Origin: Lama guanicoe
Lineage: Eukaryota
Length of the DNA stretch: 64,000 nt
Reading direction: 5' to 3'
Assembly: GCA_013239625.1 (NCBI GenBank)
Contig: MU054212.1
Span: 5,614,270-5,678,269 of the forward strand
In this document: one piece after another, positions 13,829-28,082 of the stretch
Layout: each line of letters opens with the position of its first letter
Position numbering within the stretch: position 1 is the first letter of the stretch
Translations under genes and position numbers: made by a program
Notes under the pieces: generated by a model
Databases searched by the model: none
The model's input: the letters and a program-made list of their open reading frames with translations, nothing else
Told to the model about the DNA's origin: nothing

Positions 13829-15064
13829 CGATTACTACATTTATTCTGTTTTGTTTTTAGACTAGGATAATCTTACTCTATTTCCAAATGGGAGTTAAAA
13901 AAAAAGAAAAGAAGTCAATATGTCTCACTTTCTTGTAGAAGAATTAAAGCAAAATGAATATGTTGAGCTCAGTTAAAATATCTAACTGCAGAGTCTGAAG
14001 ATCCAACTGAAAAATACCCACAGGTAAAAAGGGAAGGGTATAGTGAAGAAGGAAAATAAAAGAAGAGAACCCGGGGGTTGTTGTCCCCAAATATGATATT
14101 TTGTCATTATTGTCACTGCTGCTGCTGCTGCTGTTTTTATTCATTTTCGCTTCTTTGTTTTGTTTGCTAAACGTGGAAATCCTGCTATGTCTGGAGCAGC
14201 AACTTGATATTTATTTCCTGAATCCAAGTTGCAAAGAGATCTTTCTAGGCGAAATGTGGATTTCTAGAACTCCGTGTTGATTGAAGAACTACAAATGTGC
14301 GTCACAGATCCGTAAATCACAATGCTGCGTATACTATTTATGAAAATTCAGACGGAGTTGCTTCATCCCTACTCCACCCACTGACTCGGCAGTTGCAATT
14401 TGATCCCTGGTTGAAAGACACCTGTCTAACAAGAAACAGCTTTTATAGAGTCTCGCTGGGCAGAGTCACTTGAAAAGTCTGGTCAGCAGAATGGAGCTCT
14501 CTTCCCACCCCCTGTTAGTGCTGTTATCTCACGAATGAGGACGAGGACAAGGCGTTCTAGCAGGGACGACTTGAAGGAAATTGAAGAAAAGTGCCTGGTT
14601 GTATGAATTCTAGACTCAGTGCTGTCTGACTCTAAGGATGTCATGGAAGAATCCCAAATTCATGGGGATAGAACGTGGTGATTCAGAATTGGTGAGCATC
14701 TGATTATAAAGAAATTTTCCCCAAAGAAAAATACCATTTCAAAAAGTCTTTTTAGGGTTTAGAGTGATTAAATAGACACAAATATTTTACCAGTATTTAG
14801 TTTGCTGTTTTTTTATGTTGCAGGCATCTGTGACTGGGTGTGCATACCATAAATATTGCAAATTGGTTCCTGAATGCTTGAAAGGGATGGATGGTTAGTT
14901 AAACCAAACATACATACACAATACACACTCAGGGAAAAGGTAGAAAATTTTAAAAGGAAAAAAATTTTTGTTTTTCATCGAGGGACAGCAGTAGGATGAG
15001 TTTAAAGGAATGTTGTCATCTAGCAAAAAACAGACCAGCCCAGCTGGTTTTGCATTTTTATTGG

Positions 15065-15460
15065 ATGTCCTCAAGTTTTTTTCAAACTTGGCTAATTATC
15101 AAAAACACTCAGGGTGCTTGTTAAAAGCAGATTCCTTCAGTCCACCTCTGACTTACGGAATCAGATTCTTGCGGGAGTGGCCTAGGAATCCACATTTTTA
15201 ACAAGTGCCCCAGGTGATTCTGATGAGCAGACAAGGGTGAGGGACACTGCCTAGATCAAGAGTTCTCAACTTCGGCTGCACACGTCAATCAGTTATAGAG
15301 TTAAAAAAAGAAACAACAACATGGATGTCTGGACCCCATCCCATGCCAATTAAATCAGATGATCTCTGGGATCGGGGCCCAAGCACATGCATTTAAATAA
15401 ACAGACAAACTCATCCAGGTGATTTTACTGGGCTGCCAAGAGTGAGGACCACTGGCCTAC
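15065..15460. mobile_element. Two adjacent MER5-type hAT-Charlie MITEs
   Basis: ttttaacaagtgccccaggtgattctgatg and ccaggtgattttactgggctgccaagagtgaggaccactg. Confidence 0.75.
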
Positions 15461-15959
15461 CTAAAAACCTAGCTAAGGGAATAGTACTTTAACACAGGAA
15501 TCAGGGAACTTATAATGAGAAATGCCTATTGTCCAATCTGCAGATATCTTCAGAAATTTAGAAGAAAAGGTAGCAAAGGAAAAGGTAGAAGAAAAGAGGG
15601 CTCCTCTGCATGTTTTGATGACTACAAAGAAATGAATCTATTTCTTCCTCTTGTTATTTCATGTATTAATTTTTGAATAGATACAGAAGTGGAAGGAAGG
15701 GAGGGAAAAAATTGGAAGAACTTCCATGCATACTCTGAGTATTTAAAATCTCTAAGGACATCTCACCCATTTCCCTAACAATTATCAAGAACAACTTACA
15801 AAGCTGGCATATTTATCTGCAAATATTTTCTTTAAACCAACAAGGAAATGCCATGCTTTGTATTTACTGAATTAGGAAGATTTATTTTGCTTTCAAAACT
15901 CTGTGGTATATTCTAATTTATAAGCTCTATGAAACAAAGTGTAGTATTTTTAAAAGTAG

Positions 15960-17025
15960 GTCTTATTTTTAGAGCAGTTCTAGGGTCACAGCAATATTGA
16001 GGGAAGTAGAGAGATTTCCCATATTCTCCCTACCCCCAAATGTTGACGCTTCCCCTATTATCAACATCTCCACCAGAGTGGGGTATTTGTTACAACTGAT
16101 GACACACTGACACATCATTATTAGCCAACGTCCATAGTTTACATCGGAGTTTATTCTTGGTGGTGTACACTGTATGGGTTTGGACATAAGGTGTGATATG
16201 TATCCTCCATCATAGTATCGTACAGAATCATTTCTACCCTAAAATTATGCTGAACTCCACCTATTCATCCTTCCTCCCCACCCGCAACCTCTGGGGACCA
16301 CTGATCATTTTCCTGTCTCCACAGTTTTGCCTTTTCCAGAAAGTCATATAGTTGGAATTATACAACATACAGCCTTTTCAGATTGGCTTCTTTCACTTAG
16401 TAATATACATTTAAGTTTCTTCATTGTCTTTTCATGACTTGATAGCTCATTCTTTTCAGTTCTAATTAATAGTCCATTGTCTAGATGTATCACAGGTTGT
16501 GTATCCATTCACCTACTGAAGGACATCTTCGTTGCTTCCAAGTTTTGGCAGTTATGAATGAATATACTATAAACGGCTGTGTGCAGGTTTTTATGTGGAC
16601 ATAAGTCTTCAATTCTCTTGAGTAAATACAAAGGGGTACAACTGCTGGGTCATATGGTAAGAGTATATTTAATTTTGTAAGAAATGGCCAGACTGTCTTT
16701 AACGTGGCTGCATCATCTTGCAATCCTGTTGTTCCACTTCCTTGTCAGCATTTGGTGGTGTCCTGGATTTTGGCCATTCTAACAGGTGTGCAGTGGTATC
16801 TCATTGCTATTTCAACTTGCATTTCTCTGATGACATATGATGTGGAGCATCTTTTCATATGCTTATTTGCCATACATATAGCTTCTCTGATGAGGACTCA
16901 AGCTCTCGGGTCCATTTCTTAGTCGGCTTGTTTATTTCCTTACTGCTGAATTTCCAAGAGTTCTTTATATATTTTGGATACCTATCCTTTATCAGGTATA
17001 TCTCTTGCAAATATTTTCTCCCAAG
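15960..17025 (-). mobile_element. L1MB-type 3' fragment
   Basis: ORF-track translation LNILLPYDPAVVPLCIYSRELKTYVHIKTCT resembles the L1 ORF2 C-terminus. Confidence 0.88.
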
Positions 17026-17757
17026 GAGGTAACATTTTTGTTTGTGTGTGTGTTTTTAGGACACATTGCCAAGTTATAGGCAACAAAGTAGATACATTCT
17101 GTATATTCATTTCTGTATATTCCTTTCACTTAATACAATAATGTAGGTATTTCCTAGTTTAAGTTTGTATTAGTTTGCTAGGGCTGCAGTAACAAAATAC
17201 CATAAACCGGGTGACAAAGAACAGAAATTTATTATCTCACTGTTCATAAGAGGTCAGCACCTAGAACTATGTTATATTTCTGCCCACACTCTTTTAGGAT
17301 GCTGTGGAAGAGATAGGAGGAAAGGGAAGAGTCAAGGGTGACTCTTGCATTACTTTGGCTTATGTATTACTTACCTCCCACGCACCCAATGTGATAAGTG
17401 TTATTATTTTCCATTTTAGTAGAGGTTAGGCTGAGAAAACCAGGGGCCAAATGATTCCCAAATATTTTACTACTGGAAACTGGCAGAGCGAGGATTGAAA
17501 GCCAGGCAGTCGGTGGGTTACAGAGCTCTTTGAAGCAGGGTCTGTCACGCTGATTAGCACATCGAGTTAATAACAGGTTTATTGATCAATAAGGCAAGAA
17601 CAAATGTTAAATTCTTAGATTTAAATAATGGCACAAAGTGTCTTCTGAGATACGGAGAAAGGGGAGGGGGAATGGATGAAGATGCCATGGAGGATGGTTT
17701 TGAGGTATTCCTTGTCTTGATTTCCATTTCTGCTCAGAATAAGTGAGGACATTACTC

Positions 17758-17758
<1 letters not shown>

Positions 17759-17800
<42 letters not shown>
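17759..17800. repeat. Poly(A) tract of about 42 nt
   Basis: Seen directly. Confidence 0.9.
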
Positions 17801-17801
<1 letters not shown>

Positions 17802-18924
17802 CCTTTACAAGAACTACCGTGAAGAAAAATAGTAAAGTTACTCTGACTAAAACTCAGGAACATGAATAGGTATGAGCCCTAATCTTCCTTTTTTGATAAT
17901 TAGGCCCCAACGGTCCAACTGGGGTAAAAAGACCATAAATTCAAGTTTGAAGTTTATTGGTCAGGACCAGAAGAAACCCAAGGGTCAAAAGGTAAGAGAG
18001 TAGATGAAGTGATGAATAGTAGTACTTGAGGTGGACAAATGCCATCATCATTATTATAATTACCATTAGAGTCATAATAGCTACCATTCATTGACTGGTT
18101 TCTATGTATCAGACACTATTAAATGCTTTACATGCAGTATCTCAAATCATGCTCATAATGAATCCATAAAGTTGGTACTGTCATTATCCCTTTTCATAGT
18201 CAAGAAAACAGACCTAGAGAGTTTAAAGTCAGGGATCTTAAGTGGCAAAAGGTGGAAACAGGATTTGAACCTACTTGAAACCACTGCGAATGGGCCAAAA
18301 CTTAAGAGTCAAAGATTTCCAGTTGGAAAGCAGGTAAAATAAAAGTAAGAAAGTGAGAGGACTGCATTACAGAAGATTGGTGATGGTCAGAGAATAGAAT
18401 GTTTGAGTTTACTATCTCACCCCTCAGTAGTTCTGGGTGACAAGCTTCACGGTTCACTATGGAAGCAGTAAATGCACATGGTGCCCACATATGCACAATC
18501 CGAAGCACAACATTGAACAATAGAGGGTGCGAGCTGATGGATAAGTAATTCTCCCTTTTATTCTCTGACCAGGAAGTCCTGGGGGACATTTCATAATGCT
18601 TTTCAAATGTCGACATGGGATTAAGCATCAGTTACGTACAGTGGTGACCAACTCAGTAATACACCCATGTGCTAGCTCTTCCCTCCCCCATTTCTCCCTC
18701 TCCTGCCCTCCACTCTGTCTCCCTGGGGTTGCTTCCCAAACAAACAACCTGCTCTCAAGGCTCTACTTCCTCAGGCTCTGCTTCCAGGAGAAACCAAGCC
18801 CAGACAATAGGAAGTAGCCCTGGAAGACAAAAGTTCAGGATGAATGCTCCTTGCCAGAAATATGCACTTTTTCAAGATCTACCCATTCTATTCTTACCTT
18901 CATGCCTGTAATTAAGTTTGGGTC

Positions 18925-19546
18925 TTGTATTAGAGTTCTTCAGAGATTCAGAACCAACAAAAACAATACATATCCAATAATATAAATATGCAGATTGAAA
19001 GAGAAAAAGAGATATATTTTAAGGAATTGGCCCAGGCAATTGTGGGATCTGGCAAGTTTGAAATTTACACAGTAGGCCAGCAAGCTGCAAATTTAAGCAA
19101 CTGCTCATGTTGCCTTGAGTCCAAATTCTGCAGGAGAGCAGTCTAGAAATCAGGCAGGGTTTTTGTTTCTGTTTTTGTTTTTAAACTTTCTTTTGGTAGG
19201 GGGAGGTAATTAGGTTGGTTTATTATTCTTTTTTAGAGGAGTTATTGGGGATTGAACCAAGGATCTCATTGCACGCTAAGCATGTGCTGTACTGCTTGAC
19301 CTATACCCTCCCCACTTCAGGCAGGGTTTTTTAATGTGGCAATCTTGAGAATTCCTTCTACTTCAGGGACACTTGATCTTTGCTCTTAAGGCCTTCAACT
19401 GATTGAATGAGGTCCACTCGTATTGTGAAGGGTAGTCTGCTCTACTGAAAGTCTACTGACAATTTACAATGACAATATACCTTCACAGCATCTAGACTGG
19501 TATTTGACAAACAATTGACAAGTTGACCCATAATCTTAAGCATCAC
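18925..19546. mobile_element. MLT2 LTR containing a SINE
   Basis: Starts tgtattagagttcttcagaga and ends ttgacccataatcttaagcatcaca. Confidence 0.75.
19165..19313 (-). mobile_element. tRNA-derived SINE (camelid vic-1-like)
   Basis: Head ggggagggtataggtcaagcagtacagcacatgcttagc on minus; 15-bp TSD tcaggcagggttttt at 19150-19164 and 19317-19331. Confidence 0.9.
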
Positions 19547-21829
19547 AGATCTTGCACAGCTTCATGGAGAAATACAATCTCTGCTCTGAAGAGAAACAGC
19601 TTATATAACAAAGGAATGGAAAGAGCTGGTCCATTTGTACTTGAAGGAACTATGAGATCACAGGTAGGAGCTGGTGTTGGACTTGAGAGAGTAGAATATA
19701 AAACTGGTTAAGGAAAAATTTTTGGCTATGAGAACATTCTTTTGTGACTAATGATTTAATGTTTGCAAGAACATTTGGGGACATTCCTAATATGCTGCTG
19801 AGAATATTCCTTGAAATGTGGGCATGGTTTGCAGTAAACAAAGTGGTAACATTGAAGGCTGGGGATCAGAAGATTTGAGAGGTGGGAATATTTTAATGAA
19901 TTTATTACGTGAGATGGTAGAACCCATCATCTGATTACGTCCCTTGAGAGGGAATAGATGGCACTACTTAAACTAAGGGAATGAGGAAGGCACTGGTATA
20001 GGTGCCCTGGCATCTCTGAGGAGATTGATGGTGGCTGTCCTCTATGGGCTGGAGTTTACTGTAAAAGATGTTGCCACGACTTCCTACCGGTGGTAGAGAA
20101 AAGAGATTCCAGAACGGCAGAGGTCAGATGTAAGTCTGACATAGTTATTATAATGAGTAGCAAGGCTGGAATGACAATGATGGTGCCTGGACCCACTGGT
20201 ATCTGTGGTGATGGGTCATAGACTGGTGTTCTCAGAGCAGAGACAGATTATCAGCAGCAGTATTGCTGCATCAACAGGTGATGAATAAAAGGCAGATAAG
20301 TCATCGCCTAGAAAATTCATGGTTCCTCAGCCTGTTTCCAGATGTAAGTGAGCTTATAGACCCAGAGTCCATTAATGGAAGGATAAGCTGGGAGGAAGAA
20401 TCCTTTAGTGCAACTGAGACTTTCCATCATGACCTGAGTATTATAAAATCCACCAAGACATAAGACCTTGGTCTTACTTGTGAGAACATGAAACATTTAG
20501 TAGATGATGGATATTGTAAATTTGGAATTAGGCCCAAGAAGGCTCAGAAGACACAAGTAAATTATGTGACCAGATGGCCCAGATTCTCATGGCCCTTATT
20601 TCTTTTGTATTCATGTCTCTTCCCCAGTGAACACACATAACCTCACAGGGGTTAATTATGATCCACTGATGAAGCGGGGGGGGGGGGAATACAAAAACAG
20701 GAACAGAAACGAAACCTGCTCCTGGCTCGCGAATGAGTCAGCGCACTGTGTCAGAGCTAATCACAGGGGGACAGTAGCCATATTACAGCCCCGCCCAGGG
20801 GTGGCCCCAAGGTGAAGGAAGATTCTCCCAATGGGCAAAGCCAAGAGTGGTCTCCTCGGTTTTTCACTTTGTATGGAGGGAGACATAGCCTGAATTATGA
20901 ATATTTACAAACTCCTGGGCAGCGATGAATGGTTAGGCTAGTTGGTCAGAATACTCAAACAACAAGATGAGAAGATTGGGGAAATTTGAGATGCAGGATG
21001 ATGGTGATAGCAATAATAGTGGTAAAAATAAGCAATGATATTTAAACCCATCTGCTGTTTTTGGTTCCATCTTATCATCCGAACGCTGTCAGTCTACTTG
21101 TAGTAAATACTCAGCCTTTCAGCTTCTTTTCTCCTGTCCCTATTTTGCTTATAAGTTTTCTCTGGAAGGCAGTGTCCTTTATAGAGACTTGGAGAGTTGA
21201 CAAAGACGTGTATTTCTGTAGAGTGGCGTGGTCAGTAAAGGGTCGATAATGAAACAGCTTTGGATCCCCCGTGGCCTCTGCTGCAGAACACAGCACTTTA
21301 GTTGGAGTTTCCAAAGTCTGTCAATATTTGCAAGAATAGTTGATGCCTTTAAAATAGTGAATCTTCCAATTCAAGTATAAGCTATGACTCAGTTTATTCT
21401 TTTATACTTATCAGTAGATTTTTGCAAGTTTTTCCGTTGAATATAGATTATGCATGTATCTTATTCAGGTCATTCCTAACTACGTTATATTTCATTCTTG
21501 TTGTTGCTAATAGTTCTCTTTCCATAAATCTACTGCAGGTGTTTGTTCAGGTTGAGCCCTGAGTAAGGGGACCTGGGGAAGGGAGAGTGGGAGGTGAAAC
21601 CCCACCACAGTTCCCTCACATCAGCTGTGTGCCCTGGGCGGGGGGCGCTGCACCTGCCAGAAGCAAGAGCTCCTTTTTCCATTTCACACACAGGTACCTC
21701 CTGGACCCTATGTCCCGTGTGTCTGGGCGGTGGGGGGGGACGGAGATTTTAATCTAGTAATATTTATATCCAAAATATGTTGATTTTCACACAGTACTTT
21801 TCCTTTTCATCCATTTTAACAAATATATT

Positions 21830-22035
21830 TTATTTTATTTATTTAAAAATTTTTCTTTTTAATGGAGGTACTGGGGATTGAACTCAAGACCTTGTGCATT
21901 TTATTTTGGAGCGGTTTTTTGGGGGGGAGGGTAATTAAATTTATTGATTTATTTATTTAATGGAGGTACTGGGGATTGAACCCAGGACCTCATGCATGCT
22001 AAGCATGCACTCTACCACTGAGCTATACCTTCCCC
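21830..22035 (-). mobile_element. Two adjacent tRNA-derived SINE copies (vic-1-like), one truncated
   Basis: ggggaaggtatagctcagtggtagagtgcatgcttagcatgcatgaggtcctgggttcaatccccagtacctcc on minus, plus a second partial body. Confidence 0.9.
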
Positions 22036-22599
22036 TTCAAATTTTCTAACCCTTTTCCTGCTGTAGGTCTTATTACTTGTCAGAATAATGTTAAGTAATA
22101 GTGAGATGAAGCATTTTTCTTTCATTTCTGAACTTGATTGAACCAGCCCATTTTCGTCCATAAGTACTTCCCACTCCACCTCTACATGCTTTCAGTGGAG
22201 CTGGCCGTCCAACACATCGTGCCGCCATGAACAGCAAAACCCAAGCCGAGAGCAAAAGCCCTGTCTCTGGCACCCCAGGCCGCCTCACACCACTCGCAGG
22301 TCGTCCCATTGAACTTCTGACTTCGTGGCTCTCGCGCATCACCCAGCGATCCTCCTTCCGTCTCCTAAGTCAACCCAGACTTTACAGTGTCGTGGCTAAG
22401 AGTGTCGCACTGTGCTCTAGATGGGGGGCCTTTTTACACACCCTGGCTCTGCGGGTTACCAGCTGTATGATCTTACAAGGGAATCAGCCTGCCCATGCTT
22501 CAGTTTTCTTGTCTAGGTAAAAGGCATAATACTAGTCCCGAGCTGACAGGTTCTTGTGAGGCTTAAGTGATAATACGTGTAGAGTACATAATCAGTGCA

Positions 22600-22783
22600 A
22601 GATGTGCAACATATGCTCAGTATACATATACATGATGTATATACAACATACACATAAAATATGTATACACAATATGCATGCATGCAATAACATGCATACA
22701 TATACACATACAATATGCATATGTACAATAATATATGCAAATATACATATATAACATGTATATGTAGTATACATCTGTACTAT

Positions 22784-22825
<42 letters not shown>

Positions 22826-22832
22826 TATATAT
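22600..22832. repeat. TA/CA-rich low-complexity tract ending in (CA)n
   Basis: Seen directly. Confidence 0.9.
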
Positions 22833-25800
22833 AATTGACTAAATTGGGAAGGAAGAAGGTAGTCCTGGCCACTCCTGAGTCAGGGCAGCCCTGCCCTGCT
22901 CCTCTGTACCACTCAGTTTTGCCACAGCCTGTCATTCGCTTTCCTGCTGTTCACCCGTGGAATTCCCTGACCACTCTTTCTGTGAGTCAGTGTCCAGTCA
23001 GCCGCATTTTCCTTTATAGTCCCAGACCTTTACTGACCACAGAACCACCCCACAGAAGTGCATGGGCACATCAGGCTTCACCGGAGGTTTCGAGAGATGA
23101 GTGAGTGGGTGGCAGAAATTAGGAAGCAAAAACAAGAAAATAAAACAAAAAACTTTATTAGCAAAATGCTTCTTCTTAAAATCCTGTGATTTAGCCAACT
23201 TCATGCTAGGAATGTCTTAATAGAGTCTGTCCTTCTCCAAATCTGGCCCACATTGTCTCATTTAGTTCCCTCCCTTTTCTCTACTTTCTATTCTATTCTA
23301 TACGTTCTATTCTTTCCTCTTCTGCTTTCTGCTCTGATCTCTTCCCTATTCTCCTCAAAATCCATGTTCATTTCTAACATAGACTGGTTTACCCCTTTTT
23401 GTTTGTTTCCTTATCTCCTTCCAGTCTTTGCTTCAAGTCCTCACCTTATGTCCCCCACAAGCTTATCAAGGTATTTCCTTGAACAAAGACATTGTCTTCC
23501 TAAGGCAAAGGTCTGGTGTCAGATGCCATGATAACCTCATCACAACGGTCAATCACTGGTAGGGACCCTGGTCAGGCAATAATGAGACAAGTATGAGCCC
23601 GCCTGTTAGGCTGGGAGAACTTTGTTAATGTCAAGGCAATATATTTACTTTCTTCAATTAAAAATATTACAATAATGTTATTAGGAGTAGCTGCCAAATT
23701 CTGTCAAATGGCTTTTCGTGTATCTGCTGAAACAATTCTTGATTACCGTTTCACACTCTGATGGGAGAGACTCAGCTTTGTTTACAAATATCCCACTTCC
23801 GGTTTTCACGGTTCTCCCATGCCTTCTCTAAGTTGCTTACTATGCTTATTTATGCATTTATTAATGTTTATATAGAAAAGCCAGTGGTTTCTAAAGATTA
23901 GTGAAGAGAATACTCTTCTTTTCCCTAAATCCGAGACTCAAAACCTTACTAAAGTTTCACACCAGGTCTTAAGGCACAGATAACTGGTCTACAGGCTTAA
24001 ACACAACAAATAATAAAAGTAAGATTTATACAACTTTTCCATTTTCCTCATGTTGTTCTAAATGTCACAAATTTTATGACATAGATGCTATTATCATCCC
24101 CCTTTTAAAGAAAGCAAATCTAAGGCATAAAGTAATTGTCTCAGGGCACATAGAGGCAGGATTTGAATCCAGGTACCTTGGCTTCAAAACCAAGACACTA
24201 AACTTCTCTAAGAAACAGAGGAGCAGTTGATGAGGAATATATTTCAATAGTTCCCTATCACAGTGAAAACATATCCTTTGAAAGGGATTCATTGTAAATT
24301 CATATCAGTTATCTCCCTAGAAAGACAGGAGAAATTGGGTCTAATTGAAGGGCATTCGGGGTGGAGAGCAGATTTGGGGGAGCAGCTGACAGGAAAGGAA
24401 GTAAAATGGCAGAAAGCAAACTGTTATCCTTTTGGTTCTAGCCACGCCTTTCTACCACCCTGGCTGGACCAAGCTTCAAGGAACAGTCCAGTGCTACCTT
24501 TGCCACACCTGTCTCACACTTCCAGCCATTGTTCTAGTCGCTGATAACCTGGAGGAGTGTTCCCAGAGTGGCATCTGGATTACAAGCGTTGGGAAACACC
24601 CAGGTGCTTGGTAAACCTGATATTCCTGATCTCATTCCAGAGTACATGAGCCTGTCCTGGGATGGGGGGGGAAGGAGAAGGCTCCAGGAAAATGCATGTC
24701 CAGCAAGAACCACAGGTAGTATCTGAAACTAAAGTTTGCAAACCAGTGCTTTACAACTTTTCTGCATGTGAAGTTTTTACGCCTGCAGTTCTGAAATAAC
24801 TGAAAAGTGATTCCCTTTATCTACATTCTACAATCCTGGCTACCAGAACACTTACATAAATAATGAGCTTGTTCACCTTACAGCTCCAGTTTTCTTTTAA
24901 TGTGTCAAATAAATAGATTAGAAAATGCAAAAAAATCTCTTCTCCTGTGAAAGAGAGCCAGAGACATACCTCAAAAAGATTGGTATAACTAACCTAACCC
25001 TGATAAATCTATAGGCAGAGACCTTTATTAAAATAAAAAAATCCATTAGTCTTCTCTTATAATATATTTTGCTAGTATTCCCAAGTGCTCTAAAGTATCT
25101 TTCTTCATTTATGTAAGAAATGATTGTGTGAGCATCTCACCTTACATTCTCAGAATCAAGTATTTTGTTTTGAAGTAGGTTTTGAGGATTAAAATATTTT
25201 TTTCAAATGCCAAGCAATAAAAAAAGTTCATAAACATAAATATCCATTGCTACATTAAGCAATATATTATAATTCCACCACTTATCATAGTGCCAGGACC
25301 CTGCAGATCATCCTAAATATGACTGAGCCAAAGAATGATGTTCCAAATCTGTAAGTTGATGAGAATTAAGAAAAAGAGGTAAATTGAATAGTCAAATCAT
25401 TTTTCCACATTGAATTTTATAATTGTATACCTTTAAGTTGCATAATAATTAAATAGGATAAAGTCAGCTTCAACTTCCTTGTTCTTTAGTTTAACATAAA
25501 GTGACAATTAACATTCCTTTTAAGACCTGCAAGTCTTAGAGTAAAGTAAAACTGGACACCATTCGATTAATTTGGCTTTACCCAATGTTGAATCATTTTG
25601 CATAATGCTGACAACTTTAGAGTCTCTTTCTGTTTGGTAGTTGGTTCTTCCAAGGCGTATCATTGAACAAGTTTCTACCTGTAGCATTCGTGCTTATCCC
25701 AATTCAAATTATGATTCAGCCTATCTGCACGCAAAACACGTTTTAGTTTCTTGTTAAGTAATGATCACACAGAGCATTTCTCACTATGAATTGACTAAAC

Positions 25801-27153
25801 ATTTACTGGTCCAAAATAATGGAAGTCATCAGAAGATATTGCCCAGTGGATATGTGAAGTTCATCTCTTTGATGTTCACGTTGAGAAAGTATCACTTGTA
25901 ACCCCGAGGACACAATGCCAGGGTCTATTTATTATAATAATATCTTATACTATTAAATCATCTTTCATCAGGGATCTCAAAGGGATTCTATAAATACTAA
26001 TTTCACCTTTTCCTGAGATATGGAGCGATAGCAATTGCACAGGACAGAGAAAGGAGTTGGGGAACAGCTCCAACCTGTTCAACCCCTGGGAAACCCAGTG
26101 AAAGAGAGGCCAGAAGTGAGCTGCTGTATCAGTAGCAGGCGCAGTGTCCCGCAGGACTGAGCTCCACCCCATCCAGCGTCCGGGACGAGTTAGAGAAGTC
26201 CTTTTTTGTTTGGAATTTTGTCAGTGAATTTAGGTGAAAATGTATCCATTATAAAAACGAGAAAACTTCTTGAGTGGCTGTTGCTATATGAAGAGACTTT
26301 TTTCATGCTGTGCATAGAGACAGTCCCATGAGTGTTAGAAACAAAAGATGCAAGTACCTTGACCAAGTCCCTGAGCTACAGTGCTCCTGGATAGGACCTC
26401 CTGGTTGGTTAGAAGTGACCTTAAGTTACAGTGACCAGAAGTCAGGTTTGCCCCGACGGTACTACTTTGCACCTTTTGTTGTGACATAATTATAACACTG
26501 ATCACAGTGCTGAAAGTATCCTGGATTGGGTAAGAACATCTATGATCACTAAGACCACTTTGACTTAAGTGCATCATTCTTTATGTAAAGCCCTTTCTTT
26601 AGAAGGAAAGAAATAGGAAGCCCCAACGGGTAAAGAGAGAACGTTCAGCTCCGCTTACCCTTAAGTTTCTCATGAGGAATACGGATAATGACATTACTTT
26701 ACAGTGTTGTTATGAGGATCAAATGCAGTAATGTAAGTAAGGTACCTCCCTCCCTCCTGCCTCCACACACACCCCTCGAAGGGCCTGGAACCCAGAACGT
26801 TCCCAAGAAGGTTAAGTCTCAGTCCATTCACTTCCCTTTTCCCTTTATCACACCAAAGGAAAATTGTAATGGATTCTGTTGTTCTAAAGAAATGTCAAAG
26901 AGTTAAACATCTTCATCTTATCCTCACCCAGTGCTCAGAGGAACAGGAATTTTCTTACAATTCCAGGAAGCCTCAAGGTCCCTAACACTCCTTTTTCTGG
27001 AGGAGCATAAGATGAGAAGAGAGGAGCTTGGTAACTCCTGGCAAGGTGTCAGACTGCAGGACCAGCCTGCAGGGCGCTGGGGCCCAACTACCAGATAGGG
27101 CTTAATACCTTCAGTTCAGATTAATTTCAGTTAAACATAAGAAAGAAACTTCT

Positions 27154-27292
27154 CTTTTTCTTTTTAATCTTTTTTTTGGGGGTAGTTAGATTTATTTATT
27201 AATTATTTTTTTACTGGAGGCACTGGGGATTGAACCCTAGATCTCACATATGCTAAGCGTACACTCTACCAGTTGAGCTATACCCTCCCCCC
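27154..27292 (-). mobile_element. tRNA-derived SINE (vic-1-like)
   Basis: Same consensus; 14-bp TSD agaaagaaacttct at 27140-27153 and 27294-27307. Confidence 0.9.
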
Positions 27293-28001
27293 TAGAAAGA
27301 AACTTCTAATTATACTATTTAGGATGGAATGAGTATCCCCACAAGCTACTGAGTTCACTGTCACTAATGAGGACACTATGGCTGGGCTAACCATTTGATC
27401 AGGATATTACATAGGTTTCCACTTCAGAGAGGGGTCAGCCCAGTACTGGGAATGCCTTCTCCTAATTCTATACATGTCACTCATTTTGGTACTGTACAGT
27501 CCCTATATTTTCCAAGAAGTCATTCTAGCCTACATTTTTCCTTTACTGAACTTTCCGTGAAAAGTATAATTCAGTCCTTGTCACCTGGCATTGTTACATA
27601 TGTTAATTCATTTTGACTCTTATACAACTCCAGTCTCAGATGCAGAGCTCTTAGGGAAGGCTCACCGAGTACTTACTGCCTAGAAATGCAGCCACATTCC
27701 TGCGGATTTCCCCATGCCTCTCATAAATACAAAATGACACTACAGCCAGCATCACCTGTAGCCAACAGCATATTTTTCATGTCTTCACATGAGGCAAGAA
27801 ACACGGCATTCAGCAAACCCTAAAAATGCATTAAAAATGACTATGACGCCAGCGTTTACCTACAGAGACTGAAACTGCAAAAGGCTGGTCAACAGGCTGC
27901 TGATGAATAAAAACAGAATGTACATAGACATTACAGTAAATGTTACAAGTGAAGCTTGACTAACTAAGAAAAATACAAATACATTAAAAAGAATTCTAAC
28001 T

Positions 28002-28082
28002 GGGGAGGTGGGAATAGCTCAGGGGTAGGGTGAGCATACACAAGGTCCTGGGTTCGATTCCCAGTGCATCCATTAAAAAAAA
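28002..28082 (+). mobile_element. Short tRNA-derived SINE
   Basis: ggggaggtgggaatagctcag...aaggtcctgggttcgattcccagtgcatcc with an A tail. Confidence 0.8.

Larger units (their letters stand above)
18370..21030 (+). mobile_element. Degenerate ERVL provirus: LTR16-like LTR plus gag/pol remnants, interrupted by an MLT2 LTR
   Basis: LTR end ctctgcttccaggagaaaccaagcccagaca (~18805); ERVL gag-like text 19850-20350; RNase H-like text at ~20830-20950. Confidence 0.65.

Noticed and set aside
21960..22035. tRNA-like sequence with A and B boxes
   Set aside because: Head of a SINE with body and tail, repeated several times in the window; not a tRNA gene.
22513..22826. Overlapping Cys/Tyr/Val-rich ORFs
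   Set aside because: Translations of TA/CA low-complexity sequence.
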